Origin: Candidatus Sulfotelmatobacter sp.
Lineage (GTDB): Bacteria; Acidobacteriota; Terriglobia; Terriglobales; Acidobacteriaceae
Direction of reading: 5' to 3'
NCBI GenBank assembly: GCA_049588915.1
Contig: JBAVZU010000066.1
Location: 725 to 64,724, forward strand
Length of the DNA stretch: 64,000 bases
The notes under the pieces were generated by a model, which was given only the letters and a program-made list of their open reading frames with translations, had not been told where the DNA came from and did no database searches. A program made the position numbers and the translations under genes. Of this stretch, positions 26,692 to 35,406 are shown in pieces. Every line of letters begins with the position of its first letter. Position 1 is the first letter of the stretch.

Positions 26692-27434
26692 TCCGGACAC
26701 TCCAGGACGTCGCGACTGCGTTTCAGTTCCTAACCCGCCTGCCACTGGGTCGACCGAAGTATGACACTGAAGCGTTGTCGCGTTCTGCAAAGTTCTTCCC
26801 GCTGGTGGGTTTGGTGATCGGGATCCTGGGGTCGGTTCTTTATCAATTGTTGCTTCGGCATCTGCCAGCCACTGTGGCGGCATTGGTAGTGGTGATCTTT
26901 TTTGTGTTGGCCACGGGCGGATTGCACGAAGACGGACTTGCTGATGTCGCTGACGCCTTTGGCGGCGGATGGAGCCGTGAACAGATCCTTGCCATCCTCA
27001 AAGACAGCCGCATCGGAAGCTTTGGCGCGCTCGCCATCGTTTTCTCGGTTGCCTTGCGGTTGCTGTTACTGCCTAACCTTCCAACCGGCCGCTTCACAGC
27101 ATACGTGGTTTCCGGACAGGTGCTTTGCCGCTGGACCGCGCTTCCCCTCGGCTATTTGCTCCCGGCTGCGCGAGAATCCTCGAGTCAGGGAGCGCGGCTT
27201 GCCCGGCAAATTTCCGGCGTATCTCTGGCGATCGGAACAGTGATCGCCGTTGTCGTTGTCGGATACACATTGCGGGGGGCGCTGTGGGGTCCCATCGTAT
27301 CCGTATCGATAGTAACGGTTGCCAGCGGTCTATATTACTGGCGCCGCATTGGAGGCATCACCGGGGATTGTTTCGGGGCAACAAATCAGCTGGCCGAAAT
27401 CGCAGTTTACCTGTGTGGAGTCTGGCATCGATGA
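26688..27434 (+). CDS. cobS: Adenosylcobinamide-GDP ribazoletransferase (cobalamin synthase)
   Basis: Motif AFQFLTRLPL and a multi-TM protein of about 250 aa. TTGA overlap with the cobT stop. Confidence 0.9.
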   Translation: MIRTLQDVATAFQFLTRLPLGRPKYDTEALSRSAKFFPLVGLVIGILGSVLYQLLLRHLPATVAALVVVIFFVLATGGLHEDGLADVADAFGGGWSREQILAILKDSRIGSFGALAIVFSVALRLLLLPNLPTGRFTAYVVSGQVLCRWTALPLGYLLPAARESSSQGARLARQISGVSLAIGTVIAVVVVGYTLRGALWGPIVSVSIVTVASGLYYWRRIGGITGDCFGATNQLAEIAVYLCGVWHR

Positions 27435-28051
27435 CCAGCATGATTCTCATCCGGCACGGGGAGACAGACCTGGCCGGCATGTTCTGCGGTCATTCCAATC
27501 CGGACCTTAATGCAGCCGGAGAAAAGCAGCTTGCTTCACTTGCGGCAGAACTAGCTGCTCTCGGCATCAGGCGCATTTATTCGAGCGACCTGCAACGCGC
27601 GTCGCGGACGGCTGCGGCGATCGGCCTGCGCACAGGGATAGCGGTTGAATTCCGGACCGGCCTGCGCGAAATCCACTTTGGAGTTTGGGAAGGTTTGACC
27701 TGGGAAGAGATCGAGCGCCGCTATCCCAAGGAAGCCGAGCTGTGGTTAAACAGATTTCCCGCGTACTCCCCGCCGGGTGGCGAACCGTATGCAGACTTTG
27801 TTGCCAGGGTGGAAGCAGAGTTCCACTTGCTACTTCGTGAGACCACCGACCTTACAAAAGCCTCGGATCTTACACAAGCTGTTGTGACCCATCGAGGCGT
27901 CATGCAGTATGCCCTTACCCGTTTCTTTGGCTTCTCCGACGCTGAAGCGTGGAGGAGGACGGAGCGACACGGAGTGGCCATTGTCGCAACTCAAGTCCAG
28001 AATTATCGAGATTGCTTAGGCGACAGAAAACCAGAGCATGCCATTGGTTGA
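27431..28051 (+). CDS. cobC: Histidine-phosphatase family enzyme, alpha-ribazole phosphatase candidate
   Basis: ATG 27431 overlaps the cobS stop (ATGA). The RHG motif ILIRHGETD is present. Last gene of the cob cluster. Confidence 0.8.
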   Translation: MTSMILIRHGETDLAGMFCGHSNPDLNAAGEKQLASLAAELAALGIRRIYSSDLQRASRTAAAIGLRTGIAVEFRTGLREIHFGVWEGLTWEEIERRYPKEAELWLNRFPAYSPPGGEPYADFVARVEAEFHLLLRETTDLTKASDLTQAVVTHRGVMQYALTRFFGFSDAEAWRRTERHGVAIVATQVQNYRDCLGDRKPEHAIG

Positions 28052-28272
28052 ATAGGAGTATCGCAAACAAAAACAGTTGAGAATGTGTTTCGAGTCGCAT
28101 CGGCGCCGGAAACATGAACCATCTAAAATCAAGAGCTTACGGCGAAAGCGGCGAACGCTCACATGTTCTGCATGGATATTTGCACACCCACACGTAGGGC
28201 CCGGCTGCCATGCGCGCCATTCACATCAGGTTTATAATCTTCAGAGTTCTCTACTGAAGGCTGTATTCAAGC

Positions 28273-28764
28273 ATGACGGATCAACTTAGAAAAAAACTGC
28301 AGGAAGAAGTTGACGCGCTCGAGCACGAGCTGGTCCACGAGCTGCCCAAAGAGATCAAACGAGCCGCCGCTCTCGGCGATCTCAGCGAAAACGCCGAGTA
28401 TCACATGGCCAAACAGCGCCAGGAGTTCGTCAAAGCGCGCTTCCGCCAGCTCGGCAAGCGGCTTGCCGATCTCTCCCTGACCAACATGAACAACATCCCG
28501 CGCGATAAAGTGGGCCTCGGTTCAACGGTGAAGGTCTACGACAGCACCAAGGGTGAAGAAATAGAGTACAAGCTGGTGACGAGCGAAGAGTCGGATGTAA
28601 GCTCGGGCAAAATCTCGACCACCTCGCCCATCGGGCGCGCGCTACTCAACAAGAAAGTGGGCGACGAAGCCACGGTGATTACGCCGAACGGCAAGCGCGA
28701 GTTGGAAATTCTAAGTTTGAGCACTGTTCATGACGAGGCCGGTCCCGAAAAGGCGGAAGTCTAA
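28273..28764 (+). CDS. greA: Transcription elongation factor GreA
   Basis: GDLSENAEYHMAKQRQ and a C-terminal FKBP-like part ending ..ISTTSPIGRALLNKKVGD. Confidence 0.9.
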   Translation: MTDQLRKKLQEEVDALEHELVHELPKEIKRAAALGDLSENAEYHMAKQRQEFVKARFRQLGKRLADLSLTNMNNIPRDKVGLGSTVKVYDSTKGEEIEYKLVTSEESDVSSGKISTTSPIGRALLNKKVGDEATVITPNGKRELEILSLSTVHDEAGPEKAEV

Positions 28765-29411
28765 TGTCCCTCTCGTGGACGAGCGCTTTCGGCCGTGCCT
28801 GCGGAAAGCTGCTCGATACCATTGTTCGCTGGCTCGCGCTCTCCCGCATTAATCCCAACGTGCTCACGTTCATGGGCCTGGTGGTGAATACCTGGGCGGC
28901 AATCCTGTTCGGCTCAGCTACCGCCGCAAATCAGAGGCATTTATTTTTTCTTGCCGGGCTGGTCATTATCTTTTCCGGCTTTTTCGATCTTGTGGATGGA
29001 CAGGTTGCCCGCGCGACCAACCGCGTTACACGCTTCGGAGCGTTTTTCGATTCGGTCGTGGACCGGTACAGCGACGCTTCACAGTTCCTGGGCCTGCTGG
29101 TCTTCTATGCGCGTGGCGATCGTTTCTTCTACGTGGTACTGACCGCATTTGTCATGGTCAGCGCCATCATGGTTAGCTACACGCGCGCCCGCGCCGAATC
29201 GCTGATAGGATCCTGCCGCGTGGGATTTATGGAGCGCCCGGAGCGACTGGTGCTGGTGATTATCGGCGCGCTTTTCAATCGCATGGCCCCAGTGCTCTGG
29301 ATCATCGCAGTTCTTTCGACCCTCACCGTGATTCATCGCATGCGCTACACCTGGACTCGCACCCAGGATGCGCCTCCTTCTGTTCCCGCGAAAGCGGGCC
29401 ACGCTGCGTAA
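28764..29411 (+). CDS. CDP-alcohol phosphatidyltransferase family protein
   Basis: Motif DLVDGQVARATNRVTRFGAFFDSVVDRYSD (D-G-x2-A-R...D-x3-D). TAATG overlap with greA. Confidence 0.8.
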   Translation: MSLSWTSAFGRACGKLLDTIVRWLALSRINPNVLTFMGLVVNTWAAILFGSATAANQRHLFFLAGLVIIFSGFFDLVDGQVARATNRVTRFGAFFDSVVDRYSDASQFLGLLVFYARGDRFFYVVLTAFVMVSAIMVSYTRARAESLIGSCRVGFMERPERLVLVIIGALFNRMAPVLWIIAVLSTLTVIHRMRYTWTRTQDAPPSVPAKAGHAA

Positions 29412-29414
29412 ACT

Positions 29415-29837
29415 TCAAGTAGTCAGAATTCGCAACGCCGGGAAAGCTGCTCGATAGAGTCCTTCGTCGAGAGTCAGCAGCGCGTAATGGCGCGTCGTGG
29501 CGTACGCGCCAATCAGAAAGTCAGCGAGAAGTCTGCGTGGCCCGGGATCCCGATGTTTGCGGCGGCGCGCCGCGTAAGCTTGAAACGCCTGCCCCGCCAC
29601 ACGCCAAACTCGCTCCTCGATTTTCCAGTCAACTCCAATGCCAGTTTCCCGAAAAAAGGTGTCGAGGAAGCTTTCTGTTCGCCCGCCAAAAGCCATTAAT
29701 TCGGCGTACACGGGAGCAGGAATGATCAGTTGTCCTCGGCCGAGAGCAGCATCCAGGGCGGATTCTGCGGCGGAATTTAGAGTTTCTTCCCGGTCCCAGA
29801 GGGCAGCGATCACGGTGGTGTCGACGATAGTTTTCAC
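29415..29837 (-). CDS. vapC: PIN-domain toxin (VapC family)
   Basis: N-terminal acidic PIN residue in MKTIVDTTV, and C-terminal YALLTLDEG. 4-nt overlap with the upstream antitoxin gene. Confidence 0.8.
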   Translation of the reverse strand: MKTIVDTTVIAALWDREETLNSAAESALDAALGRGQLIIPAPVYAELMAFGGRTESFLDTFFRETGIGVDWKIEERVWRVAGQAFQAYAARRRKHRDPGPRRLLADFLIGAYATTRHYALLTLDEGLYRAAFPALRILTT

Positions 29838-30073
29838 TGGCCCCGCAATTCTCGCATCGTCTTCAAAATTGCCTTCCTACCAGAGCCGACACGTCCGTTC
29901 CCAATACCTCTGTACTTGCCGAAGGGGCTACTGTTTCTTACCGGGCGAACGTGCGTCCTGACACCGTCGCTTTCGAAGACGAGCACATCGCCTGGCCTTA
30001 CACCGAGTAGTTTCCGGATCTCGTGCGGAACTGTGATCTGGCCCTTGCTTGTAATCCTGGCTCGTTTTTGCAT
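29834..30073 (-). CDS. vapB: AbrB/SpoVT-fold antitoxin (VapB type)
   Basis: SKGQITVPHEIRKLLGVRPGDVLVFE is a looped-hinge-helix motif. The product is 79 aa. Confidence 0.8.
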   Translation of the reverse strand: MQKRARITSKGQITVPHEIRKLLGVRPGDVLVFESDGVRTHVRPVRNSSPFGKYRGIGNGRVGSGRKAILKTMRELRGQ

Positions 30074-30165
30074 ATTCTAATTTCCTTACATCATTATAGT
30101 ACTCCTTACCTATCGGTATATACGACCGCGGACACAGAGAATGCTAGACTATTCGCACCGTCTCG

Positions 30166-31098
30166 ATGACATTCTCCTTGCCTACTGATCCCGTCCTTGT
30201 CGTTCACGGCGGCGCCTGGGCCATGCCCGATGACATGGTGGAAGCGCACATCCAAGGCGTAAAAAACGCCCTGGCGGCGGGCTGGCGCGCTTTGGAGCGC
30301 GGTGGAACGGCGCTCGATGCTGTCGAGGAAGCTGTTGTCATCATGGAGGATGACGAAACCTTCGATGCGGGACGGGGAAGTTTTCTGAATCGCGAGGGCA
30401 AGGTGCAGCTGGATGCCCTGATCATGGATGGCGCCACGCTACGCGCCGGTGGCGTGGGCTGCGTAGAGCATTTGCGCAATCCCGTAAGGGCGGCGCGTAA
30501 GATTCTGAGCGAGAGTCCGCACGTATATTTCGTGGCAGAAGGCGCCGAGAAATTCGCTGCGGCACATGGCCTATCCCTTTGCAGGAACGAAGATTTGGTC
30601 ATTGCGCGCGAGGTAAAGCGTCTGCGCGAGTATCAGAGTGAAGCGGCGGGCCATGGGAACGACCTCTTCGCGCCCGCCATCTCTCACGATACTGTAGGGG
30701 CGGTGGCGCTCGATCGCGCAGGCAACATCGCTGCCGCAACTTCTACGGGCGGAACCTTGAATAAAGCGCCTGGACGCCTCGGCGATTCATCCTTGATCGG
30801 CTGTGGTTGTTACGCGAATAACGAAAGCGCGGCTGCCTCGACCACGGGCTGGGGCGAACCCATCATGAAACTGGTGCTGGCGAAGTGGACAGCCGACCGC
30901 GTGCTAGCCGGCAATCTTCCGGCGTGGGCCGCTCAGGAAGCGATGAATTATTTGAAGCAGCGACTGAATGGGCACGGTGGCATTATCGTCTTGAATACGC
31001 AAGGGCAGATCGGCATCGCGCACAACACTCCCCGCATGGCCTGGGCGTGTAAGACGATGAACAAAGAAGAAGCCGGCATCGAACGCAACGCAGTGTGA
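30166..31098 (+). CDS. iaaA: Isoaspartyl peptidase / L-asparaginase (Ntn hydrolase)
   Basis: VVHGGAW at the N-terminus and the autoproteolytic HDTVGAVALD site. Confidence 0.85.
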   Translation: MTFSLPTDPVLVVHGGAWAMPDDMVEAHIQGVKNALAAGWRALERGGTALDAVEEAVVIMEDDETFDAGRGSFLNREGKVQLDALIMDGATLRAGGVGCVEHLRNPVRAARKILSESPHVYFVAEGAEKFAAAHGLSLCRNEDLVIAREVKRLREYQSEAAGHGNDLFAPAISHDTVGAVALDRAGNIAAATSTGGTLNKAPGRLGDSSLIGCGCYANNESAAASTTGWGEPIMKLVLAKWTADRVLAGNLPAWAAQEAMNYLKQRLNGHGGIIVLNTQGQIGIAHNTPRMAWACKTMNKEEAGIERNAV

Positions 31099-31151
31099 TT
31101 ATTGCAATTGCGCACCAGAGGCCAAGTGTGCCCGTGAGGAACCATTGTGTG

Positions 31152-32504
31152 ATGTCCGCGAATCTCGCCACATCGATCATCAGAACCCTCCGCCAGCGTG
31201 GCTTCCAGGCATACCTGGTGGGCGGATGTGTGCGCGATCTTTTGCTGAAACGCGAGCCTGCGGACTTCGATGTCGCCACCAGCGCAACCCCCGCGCAAGT
31301 GATGGAGATTTTCCCAGAGACCTATGCCGTCGGAGCACAGTTTGGAGTGGTGCTTGTTCCATTACCAGAGTCGGAATGCGATGGCTCTGGCAAGAACGCA
31401 GTGTCAAAGCCTCAAGCCGTTGAAGTGGCGACGTTCCGCAGTGATCTCGGATACGCCGACGGACGTCATCCCGATGAAGTGCGTTTCAGCCAGGATCCAC
31501 GCGAGGATGTTGTCCGCCGCGACTTCACTATCAATGGCATGATGCTCGATCCCGTAAGCGGAGATGTTCTCGACTTTGTCGGTGGGCGCGAGGATCTGGA
31601 AGCAAAACTTGTCCGTGCTATCGGCGACCCTGACCGCCGCTTTGGCGAAGACAAATTGCGTATGCTGCGCGCCGTCCGTTTTGCGGCGCGCTTTGAGTAC
31701 GAAATCGAACCACAGACCTTCGCCGCAATTCAACGTCACGCGCGCGACATTCAAGTGGTCTCGCGCGAGCGCGTCCGCGATGAACTTACAAAGATGCTCA
31801 CCGAAGGCCACGGTCGCCGCGCGTTCCTTTTACTGGACGAAGCCGGTTTGCTCAAAGAAGTGCTTCCCGAGGTTTCTGCGATGAAAGGTGTTCAGCAGCC
31901 TCCAGAGTATCATCCGGAGGGCGATGTGTTTATGCACACGCTGTTGCTGCTGGAAAACCTGCCCCACCCCTCCCCGCCAACGCTGGCATGGGGCGCCTTG
32001 CTTCACGACGTGGGAAAGCCGGCTACTTTCCGCGTCGCTCCTGATCGCATCCGTTTCGATGGACACGTGGACGTGGGCGTGAAGATCGCAGAAGAAATCT
32101 GCGGGCGTCTCCGTTTCTCCAATCATGACGCTGCCCAGATTCTCGCACTCGTGGACAATCACATGCGCTTTGGGCATGTTTCGCGGATGAAAGAATCGAC
32201 GCTGAAGAAGTTCATGCGCCTACCCGGCTTCGATCAACATCTTGCCTTGCACCGCGCCGATAGTCTTGCCAGCCATCGCAACCTCAGCACGTATGAGTTC
32301 CTTCAGAAAAAATTGATTGAGATTCCTCCAGAAACATTTCGCCCTGCTCCATTGATAACAGGCGATGATTTGATCGCCGCCGGATATATGCCAGGGCCCC
32401 GATTCCGCGAAATACTCGAGACCGTGGAAGATGCTCAGCTCGAAGGACGACTGTACTCGCGCGACACGGCGCTCGAGTTTGTCCGCCAAGAGTTCCCCGT
32501 GTGA
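31152..32504 (+). CDS. cca: CCA-adding tRNA nucleotidyltransferase with HD domain
   Basis: From ATG 31152 the N-terminus is typical for the family: MSANLATSIIRTLRQRGFQAYLVGGCVRDLLL..DFDVAT. HD motif LLHDVGKP. The listed GTG 31095 (GTGA overlap with iaaA) is an alternative start. Confidence 0.85.
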   Translation: MSANLATSIIRTLRQRGFQAYLVGGCVRDLLLKREPADFDVATSATPAQVMEIFPETYAVGAQFGVVLVPLPESECDGSGKNAVSKPQAVEVATFRSDLGYADGRHPDEVRFSQDPREDVVRRDFTINGMMLDPVSGDVLDFVGGREDLEAKLVRAIGDPDRRFGEDKLRMLRAVRFAARFEYEIEPQTFAAIQRHARDIQVVSRERVRDELTKMLTEGHGRRAFLLLDEAGLLKEVLPEVSAMKGVQQPPEYHPEGDVFMHTLLLLENLPHPSPPTLAWGALLHDVGKPATFRVAPDRIRFDGHVDVGVKIAEEICGRLRFSNHDAAQILALVDNHMRFGHVSRMKESTLKKFMRLPGFDQHLALHRADSLASHRNLSTYEFLQKKLIEIPPETFRPAPLITGDDLIAAGYMPGPRFREILETVEDAQLEGRLYSRDTALEFVRQEFPV

Positions 32505-32594
32505 ATGGGTCAACTTCCAACTCCGCGGTCTTCGATCGAATGTTAGAATCGGACTTCGGTCGACATCAATGTTCATGAATTAAATCCGCGAGGA

Positions 32595-32957
32595 TTGCAT
32601 TTGGAGCAGGCAGGTCCGGGATTAGAGAAAATTGTGATCGGCGCACTGCGGCAAGCGCCACGGGCGGACGCTCCATCGCTTGCCTGGCCGTTGGTGTGCG
32701 GCTCGGCGGTAGCCGAACGTACACGAGCGATTGACTTCACCGCTTCGGTCCTGCGTGTTGAAGTGCCAGACGCTGGCTGGAAGCGCGAATTGCAGAGACT
32801 GGCTCCGCGTTATCTTGCGACACTGAATCGGTATGCGAGTCAAACAGTCGAAAGAATTGAATTCGTAATTCGCAACGAAAACAGAAGACAAGCAGAAGAC
32901 AAAGATAAGCAGGCAAAGATAAGTAAACAAGATGAAAGTCTCAGAAAAAGACGTTAG
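32595..32957 (+). CDS. DUF721 (DciA-like) protein with a K/Q/D/R-rich tail
   Basis: SLAWPLVCGSAVAERTRAIDFTASVLRVEVPDAGWKRELQ is the typical DUF721 pattern. The likely start is TTG 32601, 6 nt after GAGGA. The tail overlaps the gatC start. Confidence 0.7.
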   Translation: MHLEQAGPGLEKIVIGALRQAPRADAPSLAWPLVCGSAVAERTRAIDFTASVLRVEVPDAGWKRELQRLAPRYLATLNRYASQTVERIEFVIRNENRRQAEDKDKQAKISKQDESLRKRR

Positions 32958-33270
32958 CTACGTAGCCGACCTCGCCAACCTTGAACTTTCCGCCGGCGAG
33001 CGATTGGCCATGGTGCGTGACTTGAACTCAATTCTAGACTACATCGAAAGACTCAACGAACTGGACACGTCGAATGTTGAACCCATGGCGCAAGTATCAG
33101 ACCGATACGGCGTTGACGAATCCAAACAGGGAAGCGAGCGGTTCGCGTATGCCAGTCGCGAAGATGTGCCGGAGGGATTGCGCAAGTCGTTATCCCAGGA
33201 ATCAGCATTAGCCAACGCGCCCGATGCCGACGGCACGTTCTTCCGGGTGCCAAAGGTCATTGAAAGATAG
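32932..33270 (+). CDS. gatC: Glu/Asp-tRNA amidotransferase subunit C
   Basis: VSYVADLANLELSAGERLAMVRDLNSILDYIERLNELDT. Confidence 0.9.
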   Translation: MKVSEKDVSYVADLANLELSAGERLAMVRDLNSILDYIERLNELDTSNVEPMAQVSDRYGVDESKQGSERFAYASREDVPEGLRKSLSQESALANAPDADGTFFRVPKVIER

Positions 33271-33370
33271 TCGCCACTGATCCGTGGCTCGCGGCCATTC
33301 TGCGAGTGAATATCGATTCGTCGCGATGCTCACTGACCAGTGGCCATCACTCACCGCTGAAATTTCTTTC

Positions 33371-34816
33371 ATGGAATTGAAATCACTCACTATCGACGCC
33401 GCTCGTTCCGCCGTACAGGAGCGCAAGACGACTGCTTTCGCCCTCGTCGAAGCGCACTACGCGCGTATACAGGCCGAGGATCGACAAATCGGTGCGTACC
33501 TCACTCTGTGCAAAGAGCGGGCGCTGGAGCAGGCGGATCGAATCGACCGCATGGCCGCCGAAGGCAAGCCGTTACCGCCGCTAGCTGGCGTGCCCGTCGG
33601 TATTAAAGATGTGATGTCCACCCGCGGCGTTCGCACCACTGCGGGGTCGAAGATTTTGGGTAATTACATTCCACCCTATGATTGCACCGCCGTGGCGCGC
33701 ATGGAGACTGCCGGCGCCGTTGTGCTGGGCAAGACAAACTGCGACGAGTTTGCCATGGGGTCTTCGAACGAGAACTCCGCGTTTCATCCTGTGCGTAACC
33801 CAAGAGACCTGACTCGCGTTCCCGGAGGGTCTTCCGGCGGTTCGGCCGCCGCCGTTGCAGCAGATATGGCGGTCGTCGCTCTTGGTTCCGATACAGGGGG
33901 ATCGATCCGCCAGCCGGCAGCCTTCTGCGGCGTGGTGGGATTGATGCCCACCTACGGTCGCGTTTCGCGTTACGGCTTGATTGCGTTCGCCTCCTCGCTC
34001 GATCACATCGGGCCGCTGGCGAAGACAGTGAAAGATGCAGCGACCGTATTACGCACGATTGCCGGACGCGACCTCATGGACTCCACATCGGCGGACTTGC
34101 CAGTCCCGGATTACATCGCCCAACTGGAAAAGCCGGTTCGAGGACTGAAGCTGGGGGTAGCGAAAGAATATTTTGGCGAGGGCCTGGACGATGAAGTTCG
34201 CCATGGGGTTGAATCCGCGATCGATCAGATGAAGAACTTAGGTTGTGAAGTGCTCTCGGTTTCTTTGCCCCACACTCCCTACGCGATTCCCACCTATTAC
34301 CTGATCGCGACCGCGGAAGCCTCTTCGAACCTGGCCCGTTACGATGGCGTTCGCTACGGTTATCGTGCGCCGGGCGTAAAGACGCTTTCGGAGATGTACC
34401 GCCGCAGCCGCGATGAAGGCTTCGGCGCGGAGGTCAAGCGTCGAATCATGCTCGGCACGTATGCCCTCAGCGCCGGCTATTACGATGCCTACTATTTAAA
34501 GGCGCAAAAAGTAAGGACGTTACTCGCGCGCGATTTCGAAGAAACGTTTCAGAGAGTCGATGCGATTGTTACGCCCACCAGTCCTACCGCGGCATTCCGT
34601 CTGGGCGAGAAATCAAATGATCCGCTGGCCATGTATCTGGCCGATATCTATACCGTGACTGCCGACCTCGCCGGCATCCCGGGCATCTCGGTTCCATGCG
34701 GCGAAACGAAAGACAAGCTTCCCATCGGTTTGCAAATTCTAGGCAAGCATTTTGACGAAGCTACGATTTTGCGTCTGGCGCACGCCTACGAGAGGGCCGT
34801 TCAAATCGGTTCGTAG
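33371..34816 (+). CDS. gatA: Glu/Asp-tRNA amidotransferase subunit A
   Basis: Start at ATG 33371 ([12 protein letters not shown]..). Amidase signature [25 protein letters not shown]. Confidence 0.9.
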   Translation: MELKSLTIDAARSAVQERKTTAFALVEAHYARIQAEDRQIGAYLTLCKERALEQADRIDRMAAEGKPLPPLAGVPVGIKDVMSTRGVRTTAGSKILGNYIPPYDCTAVARMETAGAVVLGKTNCDEFAMGSSNENSAFHPVRNPRDLTRVPGGSSGGSAAAVAADMAVVALGSDTGGSIRQPAAFCGVVGLMPTYGRVSRYGLIAFASSLDHIGPLAKTVKDAATVLRTIAGRDLMDSTSADLPVPDYIAQLEKPVRGLKLGVAKEYFGEGLDDEVRHGVESAIDQMKNLGCEVLSVSLPHTPYAIPTYYLIATAEASSNLARYDGVRYGYRAPGVKTLSEMYRRSRDEGFGAEVKRRIMLGTYALSAGYYDAYYLKAQKVRTLLARDFEETFQRVDAIVTPTSPTAAFRLGEKSNDPLAMYLADIYTVTADLAGIPGISVPCGETKDKLPIGLQILGKHFDEATILRLAHAYERAVQIGS

Positions 34817-35382
34817 TATCTTTCTCCCGCGCACCCGCGGCAAAGTGCCCTCTCCGCGGTCCGCACCTCTCTCCGGAAGTTAATTCCCTCGCCGCACGTG
34901 TCACACACCACGCGCTCGCCTTTGTATCCGGGAAATTCCTCCGGAGGCAGTGCGACCTTGACCCACTCCGTAGTGAACAAGTCTTCATCGCTAATTTCGC
35001 GATAGGCCAGCATCTGTTGCTGGTTCTTGTTTTCGATCTCCGGATGCATTTGCCGCGCCAGTTTCTTCGAAGATTCCTTCGCAGCGATCCGAATTGCGTT
35101 GCCGGTGCTTACGTCGACAAACGTTGCTGCGACCTTTCCCCAGTCACGAAACTTGAGTGCCCGCTTTCCCAGGCGGCAGCCCGTAACCACGGCAACGGCG
35201 TCCGTGGCACAACGATCGATCTCGACGAATGTGACCAATCGCTTGCAATCCTTCCCGCGCGGATCGTCGATGCCGAGTTTAGCCAGGCCCAGCATCGCCA
35301 GTCGCACGCCGAGCACTTGTCCAGCACAAAGATGCCCGTGCGCCTGCTCGGCATCCAGAAGATATTCGTTCAGCGATTTCAT
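34801..35382 (-). CDS. FmdE-family protein (formylmethanofuran dehydrogenase subunit E-like domain plus C-terminal zinc ribbon)
   Basis: [45 protein letters not shown] with C-terminal CDTCGE..CRGC. Its 3' end overlaps the gatA 3' end by 16 nt (convergent). Confidence 0.75.
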   Translation of the reverse strand: MKSLNEYLLDAEQAHGHLCAGQVLGVRLAMLGLAKLGIDDPRGKDCKRLVTFVEIDRCATDAVAVVTGCRLGKRALKFRDWGKVAATFVDVSTGNAIRIAAKESSKKLARQMHPEIENKNQQQMLAYREISDEDLFTTEWVKVALPPEEFPGYKGERVVCDTCGEGINFRREVRTAERALCRGCAGERYYEPI

Positions 35383-35406
35383 AGAACCTCAATCGAGCAC
35401 TGCAAA

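Noticed and set aside
25612-26883. 423-aa minus-strand ORF
   Set aside because: It is entirely antisense to the well-supported cobT and cobS genes. The translation is R/S/G-rich with no motifs, which is typical of a spurious antisense frame in GC-rich coding DNA.
27125-27430. N-terminal extensions of listed ORFs (cobC from 27125, cobT from 25447, porin from 3736, phosphoesterase to 10816, galK from 38020, gatA from 33284, MCP from 61780, GlsB-like to 63974)
   Set aside because: The extensions overlap upstream genes or lack signal peptides. Internal starts give canonical N-termini, usually with an SD or a start/stop overlap.
28052-28272. 220-nt gap upstream of greA, checked for a small RNA or a sigma-70 promoter (TATAAT at about 28233)
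   Set aside because: No matching -35 lies at proper spacing and there is no convincing conserved structure. The gap is left unannotated.
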